From contig NZ_CP044016.1 in assembly GCF_004337365.2 (NCBI RefSeq), positions 3,793,507-3,825,506 on the forward strand: DNA of 32,000 bases, written 5' to 3'. A model generated the notes under the pieces. That model was not told the DNA's origin. It saw only the letters and a list, made by a program, of their open reading frames with translations, and ran no database searches. Source of the stretch: Rhizosphaericola mali (GTDB lineage Bacteria; Bacteroidota; Bacteroidia; Chitinophagales; Chitinophagaceae). Every line of letters begins with the position of its first letter. The first letter of the stretch is position 1. Positions 7,306-15,665 of the stretch are shown here, piece by piece. Made by a program: the position numbers and the translations under genes.

Positions 7306-9702
7306 TTATTTAAAATCTGGGCAATGTGTTTCAGCTAATGTGTATGTTTTGGAGTTTTTGTATCTTTTTTTCAATTCTGTAAGATATTTACTATTATAAT
7401 TATAGTACCCATACATCCTTTCCTTGTTATAATATTTATCAATTATTTTATAACAATAATGCAACATCGCAAGACTAGAAGCTCTTATTTCAGTATTTTT
7501 AGCAATAGAATATGCTTTTTTATAATTTGCCATCGCCGAGTTAATGGTATTTATTGACAAAGGTGAAAAATAAGCACTAGAATTTTCGTATTGAAGCATC
7601 ATCCATCCAGCTCCATAATCTGTAATATTGTATTGATAATTGGCGATTCGCTGCAACAAACCGGCTTTTTTATCTAGGTCATTTTCTACTTTTTCTGCAT
7701 CGAGCAAACTACATAATTCTTTAGTCAACAAAGTTTTAGATACTTTGTCAAAATAAACATTCTTAGTGGAGTCCCATGGGGTAATGGTTCCTAAATATTC
7801 AAGACCGTGCTCGGGTAAATATGTATCATATTCATAGTTTTTAGCCCAATAGTCTTGATGCATAGATTCGAAGACGTCAAGCGCAGCGTGATACTTCATT
7901 TGACGAATAAACATTGTACCTTTTAAGTCTTTGTATAAATCTTGTTGAGCAAGTGCTGTTGATATATATTTTTCAAATGGAGACTTATTAACTTTAGATT
8001 TGAAACTTAACAGACTATCCATAGTTGCAGGAGTCCCATATGTATCGAAATAGGCGATTTGATCATAATTTACAGCAGAATCGCTTTGATTCTTATCATC
8101 ATAATCGCTATAACTTAAAAATGAATTCATATCCGTCGTAAGGCTTGCTTTGTTATATAACAAGCCTGCCAACATCGTGTTGCCTATAGATTGAAATCGC
8201 CTACTCAACATGAGCAACAATTCTGATAGATCATCATCTTGTTCTTCCGTAATTTCATCTGGATAATAATAATTGTGATAACTGGGGATATTATTTATTA
8301 GAAATCTAGGATTGATTGCTTCTAGTTCTCTAATTTTGAACATGAGCCATTGTTGACAGTCTGAACTATTCAAATTTTCACTATTTGCATATGAGATTAT
8401 TTCTTCTACAATTCTTTGCTGTTCGAATATTTTATTATTTGGAAAATGAGGCGTTTGATTTATTAATTTCATCGCAGTACTATAGTTTCCTCGAACATTT
8501 TCAAGATGTGCAATTGATAAATTTAGAAAATTATGAAAACTATAATTGGGTGTATTTATTTCATATAGAAAGCTACGAACAGAGTCCAAATATTTCCTAT
8601 CTTTCCAATAGTTAAGTTTAGCATAATAATCAATCGTGCGTTTCTCATCACTTGCATAATAATCATTGTCTGCTTTAGTGTTAAAACCCAAATATTTTGG
8701 TGACCAAATCCAAGTTTCAATTTTATCTATTTCCCTACTTAATAAAAAGGGTAAATATTTATTATTGCGATCTAAACTATAAATTTCTTTTATTTTATTT
8801 AAAATTCTTTCAGGATTATTAATAATTTGAAATACGCCACATAACGCTTTATAGTATTTGTCATCCGTATTTTTTTCCAAATCACTCAAATCTTCTTTAG
8901 TTAAAGATTGAAAACAAATTAATTTTTTAGATTCTGAATGATCAAATGATTCTAATACGAGTTTAGTCCGGTCATTACCAGATAAAGTAAGACCGTAATA
9001 TAGTTGAGACCAACCATAGATAACAGAGTTGGTATCTAGTTGTATATGACTATACAAATCTGCTAAGGAATCTTTATAATGCGTATATCCATGTCTCCAT
9101 AAATAATATTGACTTTTCAATACTTGGAAAGTATATCTATTCTTCAAAAAATTATTTTTGACCAATTGATAACCATTTTGACCATCTCTTGCGGATTGAA
9201 ATAATAAAGAATCATAGTTCTTATCAAAAAGCCCATCCTCCCATGGATCTAAATTCCCAAATTGTGTAAACTCCGCTTTTTTGGCACAAATCATATAATC
9301 TAAAAAAGCGTTATTAGAGGGCAATAATAGCCATTTTACAAAACTATTGTGGTTGAATACAGAGTCCGATTTGGATAATAAATTTAACGCAAAATCATTC
9401 CCGTTCATTTCATATTGAATAGAAAATATATCTGCTTCTTTTACACTCCTGCCACAGATATTTCTCCATTCATGACAATTTCTTCGATAATCCTTTTGTG
9501 TAGGGTCAGGCAATTCACTATTAAACAATCTTTCTGAATAATAGAAAATCTCCAATCCTCCTTTCCCCGCGAGATTGGGATTAAAAAGGGAAAAGTTCTG
9601 CTCATCCAATCTTAGAAATGGACCACAAGCAATAGTTGATTGTAAAACTATTATTAAAATCAAACTAATACATATCAAATATTTTCTTAATCGTCTGATC
9701 AT
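7306..9702 (-). CDS. Large predicted lipoprotein, all-alpha/TPR-like, function unknown
   Basis: The 798-aa ORF starts at an ATG. It has a signal peptide plus lipobox (LQSTIA-C, then GPF). The sequence is rich in Tyr, Asn and Lys with helical repeat-like segments (RGNYSTAMKLINQ, KYHAALDVFESM). I recognise no catalytic motif. Confidence 0.7.
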   Translation of the reverse strand: MIRRLRKYLICISLILIIVLQSTIACGPFLRLDEQNFSLFNPNLAGKGGLEIFYYSERLFNSELPDPTQKDYRRNCHEWRNICGRSVKEADIFSIQYEMNGNDFALNLLSKSDSVFNHNSFVKWLLLPSNNAFLDYMICAKKAEFTQFGNLDPWEDGLFDKNYDSLLFQSARDGQNGYQLVKNNFLKNRYTFQVLKSQYYLWRHGYTHYKDSLADLYSHIQLDTNSVIYGWSQLYYGLTLSGNDRTKLVLESFDHSESKKLICFQSLTKEDLSDLEKNTDDKYYKALCGVFQIINNPERILNKIKEIYSLDRNNKYLPFLLSREIDKIETWIWSPKYLGFNTKADNDYYASDEKRTIDYYAKLNYWKDRKYLDSVRSFLYEINTPNYSFHNFLNLSIAHLENVRGNYSTAMKLINQTPHFPNNKIFEQQRIVEEIISYANSENLNSSDCQQWLMFKIRELEAINPRFLINNIPSYHNYYYPDEITEEQDDDLSELLLMLSRRFQSIGNTMLAGLLYNKASLTTDMNSFLSYSDYDDKNQSDSAVNYDQIAYFDTYGTPATMDSLLSFKSKVNKSPFEKYISTALAQQDLYKDLKGTMFIRQMKYHAALDVFESMHQDYWAKNYEYDTYLPEHGLEYLGTITPWDSTKNVYFDKVSKTLLTKELCSLLDAEKVENDLDKKAGLLQRIANYQYNITDYGAGWMMLQYENSSAYFSPLSINTINSAMANYKKAYSIAKNTEIRASSLAMLHYCYKIIDKYYNKERMYGYYNYNSKYLTELKKRYKNSKTYTLAETHCPDFK

Positions 9703-10801
9703 GATCTTTTAATAGTTTATCATCCCAATGAAAAAATATTATTTTCCTACTATCCGAAAGTTTTTCTTTCAAAAAATTAGCGCAATTTAATAACTCACTC
9801 GAATCTATTTGCTCGTCTATCAATACATCTCCTTCACGTAAATAATTATCATCGATTGATAAATCATTTAAAAGTCGATATCGTTTAGTACCTATAGAAT
9901 CTAGATTTGCATCAGTTTTATTCAGATTTTTTTTATAAATAATACCCTTAAATTCATTTCCACGAAACCATCTAAACCAACTAAATAATGGCAATGCGAT
10001 ATCCAATGGAATTTTATAGTCATTGTGTGTTATATATTTTTTTACTTCATTCAAATCCAGAATAGAATTTTTAGTATTAATATTATACACTCCTCCAATA
10101 TTATAACACATCAACACTCCTTTATCAACTGGCGGAATACCCATTTTTTTGTAATATTTAAATGGATAAAGTCGTATAGTGGCGGAAAATATTTTATTGG
10201 GATATAATTGTCGGAATGCTTTTATGAATTTGAAATATTTATATTTAGTTCCCTCAGTCCAATCACAATCAATTTGAATTTCCTTAATAGATGCTAAGAA
10301 AGCTTGTCTGATCGAATCCCCATTTGGAAGAATATAGTTTTGAGTACTTCGAATAGAATCTGGCGTATTTTCATATATACGATGTGCAAAATTTTCGGCG
10401 AGTTCATTTTGAATGTATTCAATTCTATGTTTGAGTTTTATAGGCAGTGAATCTTTACACCAGACATCATCTATATTTTGGAATACTGCATTAGTTATAA
10501 ATATTACTGGAGTATGTCCAAATTCTATAGCGGTCGGTAAATTAATTGGATCATTGTCTTTCATACCTAACCCACTCGAGGGTACTGGAATTTTTAAATA
10601 TTCATTCCAATCCACATCCATATACCTCACATAGAAATTGGAGATTTGCATACGGCGTACAATAGTATCATAAGAGTCATCTGGAATATAATCCTGATTG
10701 GTATTATTCTTCCAATAATAGAATGCATGTTGATAAGGCATTTTTTTACAGGCCTGTAAAAAAAATAAGATTAGGCAAAAATACAACCATTGATTTTTCA
10801 T
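9665..10801 (-). CDS. Predicted lipoprotein, possibly (beta/alpha)8 glycosidase-like fold, function unknown
   Basis: The 378-aa ORF starts at an ATG with signal peptide and lipobox MKNQWLYFCLILFFLQA-C. Short hydrophobic strand-like segments recur and end in acidic or aromatic residues (FYVRYMDVDW, PVIFITN, EIQIDCDWTE, FSATIRLYP, GVLMCYNIGG, LDIALPLFSW). The 3' end overlaps the next gene by 38 nt. Confidence 0.7.
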   Translation of the reverse strand: MKNQWLYFCLILFFLQACKKMPYQHAFYYWKNNTNQDYIPDDSYDTIVRRMQISNFYVRYMDVDWNEYLKIPVPSSGLGMKDNDPINLPTAIEFGHTPVIFITNAVFQNIDDVWCKDSLPIKLKHRIEYIQNELAENFAHRIYENTPDSIRSTQNYILPNGDSIRQAFLASIKEIQIDCDWTEGTKYKYFKFIKAFRQLYPNKIFSATIRLYPFKYYKKMGIPPVDKGVLMCYNIGGVYNINTKNSILDLNEVKKYITHNDYKIPLDIALPLFSWFRWFRGNEFKGIIYKKNLNKTDANLDSIGTKRYRLLNDLSIDDNYLREGDVLIDEQIDSSELLNCANFLKEKLSDSRKIIFFHWDDKLLKDHDQTIKKIFDMY

Positions 10802-10882
10802 CTTGCAGAGGTTACAAGTGCAATATTAAATGGAAAACAAAATGCTCAAATCAAAACTCAAAAAAATAATTGAAACAAAAAA

Positions 10883-10913
10883 AACCGACTATTTTTTGAA
10901 AAAATAATCGGTT
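10883..10913 (-). terminator. Rho-independent terminator downstream of FKBP gene
   Basis: A long hairpin AACCGACTATTTTTT/AAAAAATAATCGGTT has one mismatch. On the minus strand it is followed by a T8 run (plus-strand A run 10877-10884). Confidence 0.8.
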
Positions 10914-10936
10914 TTATAGTTTTAAATATAAATTTA

Positions 10937-11395
10937 CTAATCAGGTAAAATCAAACCAGATTTTTCACCTACGATTTCTACTAATTCAAGATCAAAAACT
11001 AATTCTTTTCCAGCAAGAGGATGGTTACCATCCAATACTACAGATGCTTCTTTGATCTCAGCAATAGTTACCGGGAATGCTTGACCTTGTTCGTTACGCA
11101 TATTCAATGCCATACCTACTGCAGGTTCCATTCCTTCTGGAAATTGATCTTTTGGAAATTCAATCAACAAATCGTCTTGTTTAGGACCATATGCTTCTTC
11201 CACTGGGATATTGATTGTTCTTTTTTCCCCGATTCCAAGACCTTTAACGCCTTCATCAAATCCTTTTATAACTTGACCACTTCCTATAGTAAATTCCAAA
11301 GGCTCTCTACCTTCGCTACTGTCGAATGTCGTACCATCTGTTAATTTACCATGGTAATGTACTTTTACAGTATCTCCATTTTGAGCTGTTTTCAT
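10937..11395 (-). CDS. slyD: FKBP-type peptidyl-prolyl cis-trans isomerase, SlyD-like (with insert-in-flap domain)
   Basis: The 152-aa protein has VKVHYHGKLTDGTTFDSS...PLEFTIGSGQVIKGFDEGV, and later NHPLAGKELVFDLELVEI, characteristic of SlyD/FkpB-type FKBPs. Confidence 0.85.
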   Translation of the reverse strand: MKTAQNGDTVKVHYHGKLTDGTTFDSSEGREPLEFTIGSGQVIKGFDEGVKGLGIGEKRTINIPVEEAYGPKQDDLLIEFPKDQFPEGMEPAVGMALNMRNEQGQAFPVTIAEIKEASVVLDGNHPLAGKELVFDLELVEIVGEKSGLILPD

Positions 11396-11491
11396 AATTT
11401 CTCTATTTTTATTCTAAAAAGTAGCAAGTTAACCATTGAAACCCGTCTTGACAACAAATTTTAGTTAACTTTCGTGCTCAAACTAAATTTT

Positions 11492-12760
11492 ATGCAAATC
11501 AAGGCTTCTTTTAAATATATATGTTTTGCAATACTATTTGCAATTTCGATAAATACATTTGCCCAAAATAATTCTATTATTTTACCCATTGGCAAATCTG
11601 AAAAATGGGTAAAAAAAGCTACACATACGCAGCCCGGCGCATATCAATTGAAAAAATATTTGCCATTATTAAAAGGTAAAAGAGTAGGCGTATTTGCTAA
11701 TCCAACCTCCGTTATAGGGCATACACATCTAGTTGATTCCTTGCAACACTTGGGTATTCAAATTACAAAAATATTTGGCCCCGAACATGGATTTCGCGGT
11801 ACTGCAGACGCAGGTGCGCATGTGGAAAGTTTCGTTGATCAAGCAACGGGTATCAAAGTTATATCACTTTATGGAAAAAAGTCACACCCAAGCAAAGAAG
11901 ATCTAGCCGATGTAGATATTTTATTATTTGATTTGCAAGATGTAGGTCTCAGATTTTATACATATATATTGTCTTTACAAAATTTCATGGAATCTGCTAT
12001 TGACAACCGTAAACCACTTATAATTTTAGATCGTCCCAATCCCAATGGTTTTTACGTGGATGGCCCAGTATTGGACACAGCCTACAAAAGTGGCGTAGGC
12101 CCTCAACCAATTCCTGTCGTTTATGGAATGACCATCGGCGAATATGCAAAAATGGTTCTAGGGGAAAAATGGTTACATACGAAATATGCCTATATGCGCC
12201 AGGATGACCCCTTGATAACAATTATTCCCTGTAAACATTACAACCACAAATATTTGTATCAATTACCCGTTGCCCCTTCTCCTAATTTGAAAAGTATGAA
12301 TGCTATTTATTGGTACGCATCTACTTGCTTTTTTGAAGGAACCAATTTGAGTGAAGGTCGTGGAACTTCCAACCCATTTTTATATGTCGGAGGTCCAGAT
12401 TTACCTAAAAATCTTTTCCAATTTGAACCTAAAAGTCAAAATGGAGCTCTAGATCCTAAATGTAAAGATCAAATTTGTTATGGGTGGGACCTGACAAGGC
12501 AACCAAGTCCTAGTAAGATCGACTTAAGCTATATTAAAAATGCCTATGATCTAACAAAAGATAAGTCAACATTTTTCCTACAACCAAAAGATTCCACCAA
12601 ACCAGAAAATTACTTTTTTAATAAATTAGCTGGAAACCAAGAATTGCGTATGCAAATTATACAGCAAAGACCTCTTGATGAGATTTATGCTAGTTGGGAG
12701 TCAAGTATTCAAAATTTTAAAACAATCAGGAAAAAATATCTATTGTACAAAGATTTCTAA
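11492..12760 (+). CDS. namZ: DUF1343 / NamZ-family exo-beta-N-acetylmuramidase-like protein
   Basis: The family motifs GVFANPTSV, IFGPEHGFRG, DLQDVGLRFYTYI and LDRPNPNG are present. The signal peptide is MQIKASFKYICFAILFAISINTFAQ. The track ORF begins at a GTG at 11474, and the ATG at 11492 is preferred. The call is at family level only. Confidence 0.8.
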   Translation: MQIKASFKYICFAILFAISINTFAQNNSIILPIGKSEKWVKKATHTQPGAYQLKKYLPLLKGKRVGVFANPTSVIGHTHLVDSLQHLGIQITKIFGPEHGFRGTADAGAHVESFVDQATGIKVISLYGKKSHPSKEDLADVDILLFDLQDVGLRFYTYILSLQNFMESAIDNRKPLIILDRPNPNGFYVDGPVLDTAYKSGVGPQPIPVVYGMTIGEYAKMVLGEKWLHTKYAYMRQDDPLITIIPCKHYNHKYLYQLPVAPSPNLKSMNAIYWYASTCFFEGTNLSEGRGTSNPFLYVGGPDLPKNLFQFEPKSQNGALDPKCKDQICYGWDLTRQPSPSKIDLSYIKNAYDLTKDKSTFFLQPKDSTKPENYFFNKLAGNQELRMQIIQQRPLDEIYASWESSIQNFKTIRKKYLLYKDF

Positions 12761-12996
12761 TCACATGGATTATTCACCGAACGTGCCGCATATTTTTTTA
12801 CATAATTTACCACACTTTCAGACGGCGATTTCAGAGGAATATGCTTCATTAGATCTAATTTTTCCATTAGATCGATTAATCTTTGACGCAATAAATGATC
12901 TGTATTTAAAAGATGCTGTATTTCTTCTTTAACAGAATTACAAACTTCGTCATACAAATATGACAATAAAATTTCAGTAGAGTAAATTTGGACCAT
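12757..12996 (-). CDS. Small hypothetical protein (79 aa)
   Basis: The sequence is protein-like and helical (MVQIYSTEILLSYLYDEVCNSVKEEIQHLLNTDHLLRQRL...). It resembles a small family that I recall as conserved in Bacteroidota, but I cannot verify this. The track start at 13002 is a TTG, and the ATG at 12996 is preferred. Its stop overlaps the namZ-like stop. Confidence 0.5.
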   Translation of the reverse strand: MVQIYSTEILLSYLYDEVCNSVKEEIQHLLNTDHLLRQRLIDLMEKLDLMKHIPLKSPSESVVNYVKKYAARSVNNPCD

Positions 12997-13138
12997 AGAC
13001 AATAGATGATTTAAGAATTTTCATATTATTAAACGACTAATGTATTAACCTATTGTTCTAAATAATTTACAAAACAAATATTTTTTCTATATGATTGATT
13101 TATATCATATTACAAACCTAAAAATATTTAAAAAATAA

Positions 13139-14014
13139 TTATTTGCTCTTCGGCTGTGTCAATATAATGATATCTCCTCTATTCAAATAAGTTTGCCAGT
13201 CAGGGTTATTCCAATTTGCGTCAGCACTACAAGAGACATTCCCTATTTGCTTTGTCATTTTTAAACGCTGTAAGTAACTTTCTAATTGTGTATAGATTCC
13301 TAATTTTTCATCTGAATGAAATCCGCCATTCAAATGAAAGATTTTAGATGTAGGATTTTTTTGTAAATAGGTAGCAATATGCCAAGCCATTGTCGCATCC
13401 CACAGATTTTGAGATTCAAATATATGACTTGCCGCAAGCGCTTCGTGACCGCCCATTATATTTTCAAATTTGTGTTGGTATGCACCCGTATCCACATGAA
13501 TTGGCAAAGGAGCTAAATAACTCAAAGCTAAGGAGTTGAATTTTGGTAAAAATGTAAGGCCATTTTTGGTTACTGCACTTACGTATCTTTTCGGAGCATT
13601 GGTCGCAATAACAGGAAGCTGATGCACTTTTGCATATTCCACTAAGGGTTGATAATCTGTATAATTGGGCCAAGCTCTTCCGGCAGAAATCAAATAATCT
13701 GGACGGATAAGGTCTTGCAAATATTCATCCATTACTTCTTGCACATCTGATTCAAACATTTCCATACCTAAGGCATAGGGTTGCTTTGAATTTAGAAGTT
13801 GATAAAGTTGATTTTCCAGATCGTGTCCGATACTATCATTGTGCTCTTCCCCCCAAAAGATAACATCCTTATTTTTCAAAATTGCAGGAATCTCATCCAA
13901 CTTGATTTCTCTTTTTTCCGCAGTTGAATATATCTTATATGCATTTTGCGCATTCAAATCATGCATCATAATAAAGCAAAAAATAATAAAAAACAATCTT
14001 TTGGGATAGAACAT
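13139..14014 (-). CDS. ChaN-like haem-binding protein (DUF399/Cofac_haem_bdg family)
   Basis: The ATG at 14014 gives the signal peptide MFYPKRLFFIIFCFIMMHDLNAQ. The motif DVIFWGEEHNDSIGHDLE is typical of the ChaN/DUF399 family. The longer track ORF starts at a TTG inside the ferredoxin gene. Confidence 0.7.
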   Translation of the reverse strand: MFYPKRLFFIIFCFIMMHDLNAQNAYKIYSTAEKREIKLDEIPAILKNKDVIFWGEEHNDSIGHDLENQLYQLLNSKQPYALGMEMFESDVQEVMDEYLQDLIRPDYLISAGRAWPNYTDYQPLVEYAKVHQLPVIATNAPKRYVSAVTKNGLTFLPKFNSLALSYLAPLPIHVDTGAYQHKFENIMGGHEALAASHIFESQNLWDATMAWHIATYLQKNPTSKIFHLNGGFHSDEKLGIYTQLESYLQRLKMTKQIGNVSCSADANWNNPDWQTYLNRGDIIILTQPKSK

Positions 14015-14034
14015 AGGACGTATTTGAATCAATA

Positions 14035-14361
14035 TTAATCTTCTGAGAGCGAGCCACATATTTGAAATGTGCAACCTTCCAAATTATCATTTACCTGCAA
14101 TTGACAACTTAATCGGCTATTAGATTCTGAATCAGGAATCATATCTAACATGTCCAATTCTGCATCACCTTGTTCGGGTAGATTTTCCCCACCGGCCAAC
14201 ACTTTTACATGACAAGTGCCGCACAATGCCATACCACCACAAGTCGCCAACACCTCGTATTCAAATGCTTTCAAAGTTTCCATTAAATTAAGCCCCATAT
14301 CATCCGGAGCTTCTAACTCTTGTTGAGAACCATCTCTATCTTCAACTGTAAATTTTACCAT
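14035..14361 (-). CDS. fdx: [2Fe-2S] ferredoxin, adrenodoxin/putidaredoxin type
   Basis: The 108-aa protein has the Cys ligand pattern C-x5-C-x2-C-x35-C (CGGMALCGTCHV...SRLSCQ). The ATG at 14361 is preferred over the TTG at 14370. Confidence 0.88.
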   Translation of the reverse strand: MVKFTVEDRDGSQQELEAPDDMGLNLMETLKAFEYEVLATCGGMALCGTCHVKVLAGGENLPEQGDAELDMLDMIPDSESNSRLSCQLQVNDNLEGCTFQICGSLSED

Positions 14362-14367
14362 AATCTG

Positions 14368-14375
14368 CAAATTTA
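14368..14375 (-). promoter_or_regulatory. Candidate -7 box TAAATTTG, 6 nt upstream of the ferredoxin ATG
   Basis: The minus strand reads TAAATTTG-CAGATT-ATG, which matches TAnnTTTG. It lies immediately downstream of the FNR terminator. No clean -33 TTG is present (TTA at the expected position). Confidence 0.35.
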
Positions 14376-14404
14376 TAGCTCTATTTTTATTTATCTAAAT
14401 AAAA

Positions 14405-14427
14405 AAGCTGGAATTGAGTTCCAGCTT
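14405..14427 (-). terminator. Rho-independent terminator downstream of ferredoxin-NADP reductase gene
   Basis: A 9-bp stem AAGCTGGAA/TTCCAGCTT with a 5-nt loop is followed by a T-run on the minus strand (plus-strand A run ending at 14406). Confidence 0.8.
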
Positions 14428-14459
14428 TTCATAGTATATATTTTCCAACAACCGATTTA

Positions 14460-15467
14460 TTAGAATCCGTGAACTCCGTTAACAGTTGTGTATTTGAAAC
14501 TTAAGTGTTGTTGAGGATAAGCATATTTGAATGCTCCGTGTGCCATCAATGCAGCTTCATGGAATCCACAAAGGATCAATTTCAACTTACCAGTATACGT
14601 ATTGATATCACCAATAGCGAAAATACCCGGAATGTTCGTTGAATAAGAATCACGATCTACTTCAATCGCTGCTTTATCGATATTCAAACCCCAATTAGCG
14701 ATGGGTCCCAATTTTGGACTCAATCCAAATAATGGAATCAAATTATCCGCTTCGATGGCAATTTCTTCTTTTTCAGGTCCTACAATCGTTACTTCTTTCA
14801 ATACGCCGTTACCATTGATCTTGGTAACATTGGATTTCAATAACAAATTGATTTTACCTTCTTCTGCTAATTTGGCTACTTTATCCGCAGATGCTGGTGC
14901 ACCTCTAAATGAATCACCTCTATGAACCAATGTTACTTCTTTAGCAACATTAGCTAAGAAAATTGTCCAGTCAAGCGCAGAATCACCACCACCGGCCAAT
15001 ACTACTTTTTTATCTCTGAAAGCTTCTGGATCTTTTACCATATAAGTAACACCCTTACCACCTTCAAAATCTTCTAATCTTTCAACAACTGGTTTTCTTG
15101 GTTCGAAACAACCTAAACCACCTGCGATACAAATTGCTTTACAATGCACTTCTGTCGCGTCGCTTGTTTTTACAATAAAAGTACCGTCCTCTTGTTTTTG
15201 GATTTCATCCACTCTTTCACCTAGTGTAAATGTTGGCTTGAATGGTTCTGCTTGCGCCATCAAATTATCTACTAATTCTTGTGCTTTTACAGATGGATAT
15301 CCAGGAATATCATAAATAGGTTTATGCGGATAAATTTCGGACAATTGGCCACCTACTTGTGGTAAAACGTCAATCAAGTGGCACCTCATTTTCAACAATC
15401 CCGCCTCAAATATCGCAAACAATCCCACTGGACCGGCACCTACTATACAAATATCAGTTGTTATCAT
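14460..15467 (-). CDS. Ferredoxin-NADP+ reductase, thioredoxin-reductase-like type (YumC/FNR type 2)
   Basis: The 335-aa protein has the FAD motif IVGAGPVGLFA, then GGQLSEIYPHKPIYDIPGYP, the NADPH motif LAGGGDSALDW, and IFAIGD near the C-terminus. Confidence 0.88.
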   Translation of the reverse strand: MITTDICIVGAGPVGLFAIFEAGLLKMRCHLIDVLPQVGGQLSEIYPHKPIYDIPGYPSVKAQELVDNLMAQAEPFKPTFTLGERVDEIQKQEDGTFIVKTSDATEVHCKAICIAGGLGCFEPRKPVVERLEDFEGGKGVTYMVKDPEAFRDKKVVLAGGGDSALDWTIFLANVAKEVTLVHRGDSFRGAPASADKVAKLAEEGKINLLLKSNVTKINGNGVLKEVTIVGPEKEEIAIEADNLIPLFGLSPKLGPIANWGLNIDKAAIEVDRDSYSTNIPGIFAIGDINTYTGKLKLILCGFHEAALMAHGAFKYAYPQQHLSFKYTTVNGVHGF

Positions 15468-15665
15468 TTTAAGTAAACTCAGCTCTTGAGTATATTGATT
15501 AATTAAAAAATAGAACGCAAAATTACGAATTAGAATAATAACATAGTTACGAAATGCGAAATTATTTGTCTATTATTTTGGTAGATTACTTTAACTGACA
15601 ATATTTCGGATTTGTATAAATGGCAAATTTTTTGGACGAAGTCCATAATTACTAAATATTAAGAT

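Noticed and set aside
12675-12932. Plus-strand 85-aa ORF overlapping the end of the DUF1343 gene and the small minus-strand ORF.
   Set aside because: It begins inside the DUF1343 coding region in another frame and has no recognisable features. The minus-strand ORF is more protein-like.
13089-13110. AT-rich inverted repeat ATATGAT-N8-ATCATAT downstream of the ChaN-like gene.
   Set aside because: The stem is 7 bp and all A/T except one pair, in a very AT-rich spacer, with no adjacent T-run. It is compatible with chance.
15477-15491. Inverted repeat ACTCA-GCTCT-TGAGT in the FNR/grpE divergent region, considered as a CIRCE heat-shock operator.
   Set aside because: The arms are only 5 bp with a 5-nt spacer. 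It does not match the CIRCE consensus (TTAGCACTC-N9-GAGTGCTAA). It sits next to the FNR start rather than next to grpE.
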